Virus record (IMG/VR): IMGVR_UViG_3300027779_001743
Location: 6,696-70,695 of that record
Reading direction: 5' to 3' (one strand)
Length of the DNA: 64,000 nucleotides
Source of the DNA: a virus
This document shows, piece after piece, positions 1-10,300 of the stretch. Each line of letters opens with the position of its first letter. The stretch's first letter is position 1. Made by a program: the position numbers and the translations under genes. Below the pieces are notes generated by a model. That model saw only the letters and a program-made list of their open reading frames with translations, made no database searches and was not told where the DNA came from.

Positions 1-816
1 GTCAATATCCAAACGGGTAAATGGCATTGTTGGGTAAGTAATCAAGGTGGCCACAATCTATATCAATTATTTAAGAAAGTTAGCGCGGGATATAATGAGT
101 TCAAAGAGTTAAATACATTACTCGGAGATACATCTTTTTATCAGAAAGACGATGATACAAAATTAGAAGTAATACAATTACCAAAAGAAATGAAATCATT
201 GGCAGACCCATTCGATACATCAGTCATTAAAGAACACGCATTAAGATTTTTAAGAAAACGAGGATTCAATTCAGAAGACATTGAACGATACAATTTAGGA
301 TATTGCTCAGAAGGTATATATAATAATAGAGTCATTATACCGAGTTATGATTCAGATGGAACATTAAATTACTTTGTAGGACGAGATTTTTATAATTCAA
401 ACTTCAAATATAAAAACCCACCTTTCCCAAAAGATGTTATCGGATTCGACCTATATGTTAATTGGTCATTACCGATTATTTTGGTAGAGGGAGTATTTGA
501 CGCTATGAGCATTAAATCCAATTCAATCCCTTTGTTCGGGAAAAGTATTTTACCTAAACTTTCAAAAAAGATTATCGAAAAACGAGTTAACTCTATATTT
601 ATTGTTTTAGATGGAGATGCTTTTAACGATGCTATCCAAATGGTTGAGAAGTTTACCGACAACGGAATCTCGGTTAACTTTGTTAAATTGGACGGAAACG
701 ACCCCAACGATTTAGGTTATCGTAAAATGATTGATAAAATCCACGAAGCAGTTCCAATGAACTTTAAAACACTAATGGAAATGAAATTATATGGAAAACA
801 ATACTTGGCAAATTGA
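1..816 (+). CDS. DNA primase (DnaG/T4 gp61-like), 5'-truncated by the window edge
   Basis: Frame +1 is open from base 1 (VNIQTGKWHCWVS, end of the Zn-binding domain). It has RVIIP..YFVGR, KYKNP, TOPRIM motifs ILVEGVFDAMS and VLDGDA, and DPND. Confidence 0.88.
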   Translation, partial: VNIQTGKWHCWVSNQGGHNLYQLFKKVSAGYNEFKELNTLLGDTSFYQKDDDTKLEVIQLPKEMKSLADPFDTSVIKEHALRFLRKRGFNSEDIERYNLGYCSEGIYNNRVIIPSYDSDGTLNYFVGRDFYNSNFKYKNPPFPKDVIGFDLYVNWSLPIILVEGVFDAMSIKSNSIPLFGKSILPKLSKKIIEKRVNSIFIVLDGDAFNDAIQMVEKFTDNGISVNFVKLDGNDPNDLGYRKMIDKIHEAVPMNFKTLMEMKLYGKQYLAN

Positions 817-994
817 TGACGACTTATACAAGGTGCATATTAGCGCTGAGGTATTTGAAGAATTGGTAAAAGAATTTAGTATGACGGATACTGCCAAATA
901 TATGAAAGATGGAGAGATATTCGCATACGACATAATGGTTACAAAAGAGAAATTAAAAAGAGTGAATAAAAAGCTCAAGGAGATTGATTGTTAG
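791..994 (+). CDS. small hypothetical protein
   Basis: 67-aa ORF overlapping the primase stop and the next start. Confidence 0.6.
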   Translation: MENNTWQIDDDLYKVHISAEVFEELVKEFSMTDTAKYMKDGEIFAYDIMVTKEKLKRVNKKLKEIDC

Positions 995-3900
995 AATCAA
1001 AAATGAAGGTTCCATTTAGGAAACTAAAACACATACATCACATTAGTGATATCCAAATCAGAAATTTACAACGACACAAAGAATACGAACAAGTATTTGA
1101 AGGACTATATAAAGAAGTAAGAAAGAATCCAAAGAATGCCATATCGTATATCGGTGGAGATATTGCACACTCTAAGACAGAAATGTCACCTGAGTTAGTA
1201 GACCAATTATCAAGGTTGTTTAAAAACTTAGCAGACATATGTCCATTAGTAATTATAGCAGGTAATCACGACGCTAATCTAAATAATTTAAATCGTATGG
1301 ATGTTCTAACACCAATCGTAGAAAACTTAAATCATCCAAATCTACATTATCTAAAAAAGACAGGTGTTTACACTTGTGCAGATACTGACTTAATTGTATG
1401 GGATGTTTGGGATAACGAAAAAGATTACATCAAAGCAAAAGATGTTCCAGGTGATAGAAAGAAAGTTGTATTGTTTCACGGAACCGTAGATAGAAGTGAA
1501 ACCGATTTAGGATTCAAGCTACCATCTAAAGTCAAAATGAAAATGTTTGATGGGTATGATTTAGGATTACTTGGAGATATTCACAAAAGACAACATTTAA
1601 ATAAAGAAGAAACCGTATCTTATTGTGGTTCATTAGTTCAACAGAATCACGGAGAAGATGTCGGTAAAGGTTATTTACTTTGGGATATGGAAACCCTTAA
1701 ATCACAATACATTGAAATACCAAATGAATATGGTTATTATACAATCGATATCGATAATGGTAAATTGCCAAAACTACCCAAGTTTCCTGATAAACCAAGA
1801 ATAAGAATACGGGTATCAAATACCAAACCAGCAGAACTAAAACGATTGATGACCAAGATTCAAAAAATGGCAAACATTCAAGAATCAGTCATTACAAGAG
1901 TAGATGGATTATCAACAGAAAAGATTCGTGATAAGAAAATTAATATCGGTGATGTCAATAGTGTTGATTACCAATTCAAATTGATACAAGAATACTTAAA
2001 TAACAATTATATGGTTGATGAAGACACTATGATTAAGGTTAAGAAAGTTCTTGAAGAAGTAAATCAAGTCATACCAGAATCACAAATACAAAGAAATATA
2101 AATTGGAAACTAAAGAAGTTTGAATTTAGTAATTTGTTTAGTTACGGGGAAGACAATGTAGTTGACTTTACTAAACTAAATGGTATCATTGGATTATTTG
2201 CACCAAACGCAAGTGGTAAGTCTGCATTATTAGATGCGTTATCATTTTGTTTATTTGATGTATCAGCAAGAGCAACAAGAGCATCAGATATTATCAACAC
2301 CGCAAAGAACAATCTACATTGTAAATTGAACTTTGAAATAGACGGAACAGATTATTGGATAGAAAAGACAGGTAAAAAGAATTTAAGAACAGGACACGTT
2401 AAAATTGATATTAATTTTTGGATGGTAGATGAAAACGGAGATACCACAAGTCTTAATGGTGACCAAAGAAGAACTACACAATTAAACATCAGAAAAGTAA
2501 TTGGAGATTTTGAAGACTTTATATTAACATCAATGTCAAGTCAAAACGATTCTACGGTGTTTATTAATAAAACACAGAAAGAAAGAAAAGAATTGTTATC
2601 TCAATTTATGGGATTAAAGATATTTGATAAATTGTGGATTCAAGCAAACGAAGATATCAGAGAAGTAAATGCTTTGTTGACTGACTTTAAGAAAGCAGAC
2701 TATGATTCAGAGTTGGCACAAATTACCAACGAACTTATCATATTAGAATCTAAGGAAAAAGAATTAAAAAGTCAAGAGAAAAAGTTAAAAAGTAGCATAA
2801 ATTCTTTACAAGATGATATAGAGGAAGAAGTCAAAAAATTAAAACCAGTTGACGATACCATTAGAGATATCAAAACATTAGAATCTGAAAAGAATAAAAC
2901 TAATGAAATGCAACAAAGTATTAGAGCAGATATGGACGGAGCTACTACGGAACAATATGATTGTGAAAGACTTATAACGGACATTAAAAACAAGATAGCA
3001 ACATATGAAAAAGATAATGTTCAAGAGAAATATGCACAATTAGAAAAACTTGAAGAAGAAAGAGATTTATTCCAATTAGAAATAGACAAGTTAAAAGCAG
3101 ATGTAAGAGTTAAATTAGACAAGATTGAAAAACTTGGTAATCTAACTTATGATGAAAATTGCAACCATTGTATGAGTAATCCATTTACATTAGATGCTAT
3201 GGAAAATAAGAAAACATTGGAAAAAGATAAAGAGTTAGCAGGAAAGTATTTAACGAAGAAATCTCGTATGGACGACAAGATACAAAAGATGTTTAAGATA
3301 CGAGCATTTAAAAAAGATTTAGATGATTTAGGACAATCATATGTTGAGGGTAATTCAAGACATACTCACTTAGTGTCCAATCTAAAATATCTACAAGAAA
3401 GAGATAATAATTTAGAAAATCAATTGACACTAATCACTACTGAAATACAAAAGTCAATCGACCAACAACACGATGTAGTTTATAATCAAAGTATTGGAAA
3501 ACAAATAGAAGACTTAAAAGGAAAGAAATATTTGTTAGATGATGACGCATCAGACTTATCAATACATATGACCACATTACACGGAAATATCCAAGTGTTG
3601 AAAACAAAAGAAACACAAATCAATGATAACATCAATAAAGTAGAAGAACTTGAAGGCGATTATCAAGCATATCAATATCTATTAGAAGCAATCAAACGTG
3701 ACGGAGTTCCTTATGATTTAATCAGTAAGTCATTACCTACCGTAGAGGGTGCAGTAAATGATATTCTTGCACAGATAGTTGATTTTAGTATTGTGTTTAA
3801 TATGGATGGAAAACAAATAGATACTCACATTGTTTATGGTGATGATAGAGTATGGCCTTTAGAATTATCAAGTGGTATGGAACGATTCATTAGTTCATTA

Positions 3901-4146
3901 GCAATTCGTATTGGATTGATGAATGTAAGTAATTTACCACAAAGTAACTTTTTGGCAATAGACGAGGGTTGGGGAACAATGGATAGTGAAAACTTAAATT
4001 CAGTTTCACAATTGTTCCAATATCTAAAAACACAATTTCAATTTACATTTGTAGTATCCCATATAGAAACTATGAGAGACTTTGTTGATACACTATTAGA
4101 AATCAAAAAGACAAACGGAAGTTCATCAGTTAGATTTAGTAGATAA
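988..4146 (+). CDS. fused SbcD/Mre11 nuclease - SbcC/Rad50 ATPase (gp47-gp46-like recombination nuclease)
   Basis: Metallophosphoesterase motifs: SDIQ, GGDIAH, IAGNHD, LFHG, LGDIHK. ATPase motifs: Walker A APNASGKS, coiled coil with CNHC zinc hook, signature LSSGMERF, Walker B IDEGWGTMD, VVSH. Confidence 0.92.
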   Translation: MLESKMKVPFRKLKHIHHISDIQIRNLQRHKEYEQVFEGLYKEVRKNPKNAISYIGGDIAHSKTEMSPELVDQLSRLFKNLADICPLVIIAGNHDANLNNLNRMDVLTPIVENLNHPNLHYLKKTGVYTCADTDLIVWDVWDNEKDYIKAKDVPGDRKKVVLFHGTVDRSETDLGFKLPSKVKMKMFDGYDLGLLGDIHKRQHLNKEETVSYCGSLVQQNHGEDVGKGYLLWDMETLKSQYIEIPNEYGYYTIDIDNGKLPKLPKFPDKPRIRIRVSNTKPAELKRLMTKIQKMANIQESVITRVDGLSTEKIRDKKINIGDVNSVDYQFKLIQEYLNNNYMVDEDTMIKVKKVLEEVNQVIPESQIQRNINWKLKKFEFSNLFSYGEDNVVDFTKLNGIIGLFAPNASGKSALLDALSFCLFDVSARATRASDIINTAKNNLHCKLNFEIDGTDYWIEKTGKKNLRTGHVKIDINFWMVDENGDTTSLNGDQRRTTQLNIRKVIGDFEDFILTSMSSQNDSTVFINKTQKERKELLSQFMGLKIFDKLWIQANEDIREVNALLTDFKKADYDSELAQITNELIILESKEKELKSQEKKLKSSINSLQDDIEEEVKKLKPVDDTIRDIKTLESEKNKTNEMQQSIRADMDGATTEQYDCERLITDIKNKIATYEKDNVQEKYAQLEKLEEERDLFQLEIDKLKADVRVKLDKIEKLGNLTYDENCNHCMSNPFTLDAMENKKTLEKDKELAGKYLTKKSRMDDKIQKMFKIRAFKKDLDDLGQSYVEGNSRHTHLVSNLKYLQERDNNLENQLTLITTEIQKSIDQQHDVVYNQSIGKQIEDLKGKKYLLDDDASDLSIHMTTLHGNIQVLKTKETQINDNINKVEELEGDYQAYQYLLEAIKRDGVPYDLISKSLPTVEGAVNDILAQIVDFSIVFNMDGKQIDTHIVYGDDRVWPLELSSGMERFISSLAIRIGLMNVSNLPQSNFLAIDEGWGTMDSENLNSVSQLFQYLKTQFQFTFVVSHIETMRDFVDTLLEIKKTNGSSSVRFSR

Positions 4147-4305
4147 AGTATTTCTTGGTTCAGAAACACTATGTTCTCTATATAGCTTAAAAATTTGATT
4201 ATTCAATGCTGCGGATGCAGTCAACCTATTTTCCCTACAATATAGTTTAAACCAAGACATTAAGTCTTCATCTAGCGTAAAATTATATCTTTTCTTTTTA
4301 CTCAT
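4126..4305 (-). CDS. ribbon-helix-helix (CopG/Arc-like) DNA-binding protein
   Basis: KKRYNFTLDEDLMSWFKLYCRENRLTASAALNNQI fits the RHH strand-helix-helix pattern. Likely ATG at 4305 with AAGGTG upstream. It is the only credible minus-strand gene. Confidence 0.7.
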   Translation of the reverse strand: MSKKKRYNFTLDEDLMSWFKLYCRENRLTASAALNNQIFKLYREHSVSEPRNTLSTKSN

Positions 4306-4327
4306 CTTATACACACCTTATACATAT

Positions 4328-4364
4328 TAATAAGTATATAAATTTAAAATTTTCATATTTATAT
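4328..4364. promoter_or_regulatory. divergent pair of promoter-like motifs (ATACTTATTA on -, ATATTTATAT on +)
   Basis: Two copies of the motif recurring in this window, at 4328-4337 (-) and 4355-4364 (+), between the RHH gene and the tail fibre gene. Confidence 0.6.
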
Positions 4365-4378
4365 ACGAGAGAAAAAAT

Positions 4379-7300
4379 ATGCCAATAAGAAAAAATATAT
4401 TAAGAAAAGGGACAGCACCCAAACAAAACCTATTAGGGTTTGATGTATTGCAAGAAGAAACAGGTGTTTTAGGTGATTTATCAACATCAAAGTTTTTTAA
4501 GATTAGTGAATTCCCATCAGTTTTACCAACAGGTAATAGTTCATTTTTAATTGAAGGTTCTGATTTACTTAAACCTAATGTAGAATTAAAAACAGAAATC
4601 CTTGATTCACAAGGTAATCCAATATTCCATTATGGTATTCCAAATTATGATAAGGAATTGCCAGCCAGAAGAATGACCATCGAAGTTTATGAAGATGATG
4701 TTGTAAATGGCATTGGTTCATTTACCATATTGGCAGAATTAGACCCAAGAAAAGTTTCTATTCCAACGGCATTTCAAGATACATATAATGTTCGTTTTTC
4801 AGCACCAATCAACATAAATAAATCAATAAAGAATACAAGACCTATTCGTTTCTATGGAGACCCAACATTATCAGTTTCAGAATTGGTAAAGGGTGTTATT
4901 GAAGGGGTATACACGAGTAATCAGAAAACAGCAACCATAACAGGTAGTGTATCATTAAATATACCAACACCAACAACTGCTCAATATGGTGCTACTGATT
5001 CAACAACAGCAGACTCAACAGGAATAAATGAAGTTGGTAATAACCAAACTGCTTATATTTCTCAAAATGTAGGAGAAGCACAAAGTTCTATTTTGGGTAA
5101 TTTAGTAAAATCACCAAAACCATATGCAACTTATATTGTAAATGCTATGGAAGCCGGTATTGATAACGCTGATGACAAGATAACAAGCACTATGAAGGGT
5201 GCAACATTTTCTATCACTTCACCTGACGGATTAGTTGACTCAACGGTTTATCCAGATGCGGATTGGACTAAACCAACAACATTCTCTACAAAGATTTTAG
5301 ACATAGTTAATTCAACTACATTTACCACTACCACTCAATATAAAATAAAAAGTAAAAAGAATAATCAAGAATTAATTGTTCCACTACAAGCATCGGCAAG
5401 TAATGTGAGTATAACTCATAATGTTGGTAGTGTAACAAACACAGCAAGTCAAATATTCCAACGCTCTTATGCAAATATGACCGTAGGTAATTTAAGAACA
5501 TTTAGTGGTGATACCTATAAAGCAAAAGTTTATATGAAAGAGGATGGAAGTTCTGGTGAATTTGAAAAGATTTATGAAACATTAGTTGAGTCACCAAATG
5601 AATTGATTGACCAAAATAGTGATACGGGATTTAAAAGTGTAGGTATATTTCCAACACAATCAATCATAGATAACTTTTGGGTAACATCATCAGCCACATT
5701 TGCCGCAACACAAGACGACGATACAATTATAGATGGAGTAATTCTAAGTGGTTCTACGGAACCGCACGCAAATAGTTTTACATTTGAAACAAGTCAATCA
5801 TATAGTTTAGAGAAAAACGAACCTTATCTTGTTGACTTTGATTTAGCATTTAAACCAACAAATAAAGTTCAATCTGACGGAACAGAAAAGAAAGACGCAA
5901 AATTAGAAGTATTTTTAACAGGAACATTTTTATCAGAAACATCACAAGAAGTTCCATTAGGTGAAGTTGAATTAAATGAATACGATTTTAATAAAATAAA
6001 TTCGTTCACAAAAGTTAAAAAGAAACAAATTACTGATTTCTTAACCCACAACATAACAGGTGGAGTTGCAACAGGTAGTTTAGGATTCAGAGTTAGTTCA
6101 GGTGAATTTATATTATCTGATGTAAGGTTAAGACCTTTTAGTGAAACTAATTTCAGTCCTGGATTCTTCAAAGCAAATGTTCCAATGCAAAGAGCAATAA
6201 AAAGAGGACAAGCATATGACTTTGTTGTTGAATTTTATGACGCTAATAATAATTTAGCAGAAGCAGTCGCACTCGCAGATGATGTTACATTTGCAGGACC
6301 AAGACAAGTTCTCGGAGACGGAAACGACGGAGTATTGACGGGTTCAGTATTTTTAAGTAATACTGAAGATACTGGTATTGAGTTTCACGGTGGTTCAGCT
6401 TATATTCGTTCAGTAGGATATAATGGATTCAATAGAGCATTAGATTCTGGTGGTAGTGGATTTATGATGTATAGTGGTTCAGTATCAAAATCATTAAACA
6501 CAAGTGAAAGTTATCAAGGAGTTGGTTTAGAACTTATGGATAATAGTGGAGCTAATCCATCATCAAGTAGATTTTTAAAATTTAGAACAAATGCAGAAGG
6601 AGAACAATCTGAGTTTGAAGTCAGAACAGACAATTTCTTATTCGGTGTAAAGGGAATAACAAACAATTATATAAGTGGTAGTAATGGTAATTTAGAAATA
6701 TCATCATCTAATTTTGCACTACAAGAAGACGGAGATGTTATTATTGAGGGAACCATTACGGCAGCAGTCGGTGGAACAATTGGTGGTTTTGATATCACAA
6801 CGGGTTCATTGGCAGGTGCAGACGGACACTTCTTCATTAGTGGTAGTGCTAGTGGTAGTGTTGGTAATTTTGATAAAACAAATTTATTCATATCATCAAG
6901 TGGTTTCGTAGTAAATTCACAAGGTGATTTAATAGCACGAAGTATCAATTCAATTATATTACCAGCAGGAGCAGATTTTAGTAATACAAAGTTTTATACT
7001 GACCATAATGCACAATCAGCTTCAGTAATGGCAATAACAGGTTCATTAATCGTATCATCATCACAAGCAAGTAGTTCGTTAGAATTTGTGAAGCTTACAA
7101 CAGGTTCATTAGTTATTTCAAGAGACGCAGTAAATGCAGAAACTGCTTCTTTACAAGGAAATGTTACAGCTCTTGGAGTTGCAACCGCATCATTAAGTGG
7201 TTCAGTTCAATCAATAAATTCAGAAACTGCTTCCTTACAAGGAAATGTTACGGCACTTGGAATTGCAACGGCATCTTTAAGTGGTTCAGTCGAATCAATA

Positions 7301-10300
7301 AATTCAGAAACTGCTTCTTTACAAGGAAATGTTACGGCACTTGGAATTGCAACAGCTTCACTAAGTGGTTCAGTTGAAGACATAAACACTACAACAGGTT
7401 CATTATTGGCAGCATCCGAATCAATGCAAACACAACTCGTATTAACATCAACGGGTATGGATTTAAAAAATGAAACGGGTGGAGTATTATCAAGTTTTGG
7501 ATTAAGCACTAAATTATTTGGAAGTGCAAGTAACGCTACAGACTATGCAGAAATAAATCCAGACGGATTAATTATGGTAGCAAATAGTGAAACTGCAAGT
7601 ATATTCAATGCAGGTGGAACAACAATTCAAGGTGGAACAGCCACTGCTTCACTTAATGCAGGTGGTTTAGCACTAATTTCCGCTGGAGTTACAGGTAGTT
7701 TATTTAGTGCAACTGGCGCAGAAATTTATGGGGCAGCTGATAAAAACGAAAGAATAACTATAAGTCCAGTTGGAGTATCATTAATAGCAAACAATGTAAC
7801 AGGTAGTTTCATTGATGCTAATGGTATGGAAATTTATGGAGCAAGTGACAAAAAGGAAAGAGTATTAGTTAATTCCACTGGTGTAAGTATTTTAGCAAAT
7901 GATATTACTGGTAGTTCATTTACAAGCGCTACTTCAAGTATATTTGGTTCAAACGATAAACACGAACGAATAGAACTTGTTGGTGAGGGTATGAAAGTTT
8001 ATCAAAACAATACACAAGTTGGAAGTTTTGGTTCAGACATAACACTTACGGGTGGAACACTAACTATACAAGGAACAGCGGGAACAATCGGAGATGATAA
8101 AATAACCGTTGGTAGTGCAGCTATCGCAGCGTACGCAGCCAATGCAAAAGTTTTAGATATAGTTGACGCAAAAATTAATATCGGCCCAGCAGCAGTTGCT
8201 GGAACAGCCGTAACGGGTAATGTAAGGGTTGAAGCAGGTAATGTTTACATTTATGGAGATGCTACTAATACATTTTCTCAAATGTCAAGTGCTGGATTAG
8301 AAGTTACAGATGACGGAACTAAAATAGCTGTTTTTGCAGGAACAACCACTATCGGAAATACATCAGGACAACACATAAGTATTGATGCTAATTCCATAGA
8401 TATAAAAACAGCAGCTAATGTTACGGTATTATCAGCATCTGCTGCCGGAATTTCTATGTCTGGTAGTATAAATGCCGGAGATGGAACAATAGGTGGATTC
8501 ACAATCAATAGCACCGAAATAAGTGCAAGTGGATTAGTATTAAAATCAGGTGGACAGATTACAGGTTCAAGTGTGCAATTAACTGGTGAGATAAATGCAT
8601 CTACTGGAACAACAGCGACATCAATCACAGCAATAGGAGTAATAACAGGTTCATTAATCTTATCATCTTCCAATATTCAGTCGCAAACTACTGCACTTGG
8701 AGTTGCAACGGGTTCATTATTTACTTCAGCTACCGCACTTGGAGTTGCAACGGCATCTTTAAGTGGTGCAGTTGAAGCAACAAATACGGTTACAGGAGCA
8801 TTATTAGAATCATCGGAATCGATGGCAACACAACTTGTATTAACTTCAACGGGTATGGATTTAAAAAACACTTCGGGTGGATTCCATACAAGTTTTGGTA
8901 AAAGTGTTAAAATGTTTGGAAGTGCTTCAAATGCATTACAAACAGCAAGTGCTAATGTAAATTATTCAGAAATATCACCAGACGGAATGATAATTGTTAA
9001 TTCAAGCACAACTTCATCATTCTTCGGAGACGATGTAAGAATATATGGTGGAGCTATTTCATTCTTTAGTGGTAGTGTAACTGCAAGTTCATTTTCATCT
9101 TCTGCAGCAGGGTTTACCGCAAGTATATTCGGTTCGGCAGATAAAGAAGAAAGAGTAGAAGTAACAGACGAAGGTATGAAAGTATTTGCAGGTGACGCTC
9201 AAGTATCGAGTTACGGAACAAATACAGTTCTTACTGGTGGAACAATAACATTAAGAAACTCTACTAATAATAATGATAAATTGGTTTTATCTGAAAATAG
9301 TATGGTGATATTCGACAACAATAATGAGGTCGCATCATTCGGAGCAAACACCGTATTAGAGGGTGGTACCGTAACAATTCAAAACACGACAAACAACAAC
9401 GATAAAGTTGTATTGAGTGAAAATAAATTAGAAATATTTGACAACAATAATGTTGTGGCAGAATTTGCAGCAAACACCGTAATTGAAGGTGGAACAATTA
9501 CATTAAGAAACACCACAAATAATAATGATAAATTGGTTTTATCTGAAAATAGTATGGTGATATTTGATAACAATAATGAGGTCGCATCATTCGGAGCAAA
9601 TACCGTATTAGAAGGTGGAACCGTAACAATTAGAAATACCACAAATAACAACGATAAAGTAATATTAAGTCAAAATAAATTACAAGTATTTGATAACAAT
9701 ACTGATGTAGCATCATTTGGAGCAATAACAAGAATTGGAGCTATAGCAAATAATCATATATCAATGAGTAGTGATGGACTTTCAATAAAAACCGCAGCCA
9801 ATGTTACGGTATTATCAGCATCAGCTGATGGAATTACAATGTCAGGTAGTATAACCGCTGGAGCAGGTAGTATTGGTGGTTGGGCTATATCTGACTCGGT
9901 CTTAACATCAACAGTAGGTACAAAAATAATAACACTTGATACTGGTAATTCATTAATTAAAGTTCTTAGTGGTTCTGCAGCAGATGCGGATAGACACGCC
10001 GTAATATTAAATGGAGCAAAAGGAATTATTGAAGTTTCACAATCTGGAATTGGTATATTTGATACGGGTAGAAGTGAAACATTTACCAAAAATACAATTG
10101 TTGAACCAGCAATATTTAAACCAAATCTTTCAGCTAGGGGGGATATTGTTTCATCATCAGTTGATGTTACCAGACCAGTTCCAACGATGGATAATCTAAG
10201 TGTAATAAGTTCTTCTAAAATGAATAGATTGGAAACTCAACAATTCTTCCAAGATACGACAGCTGCAGGTGCAACACTACAAGATTCATTAACACCTTTC

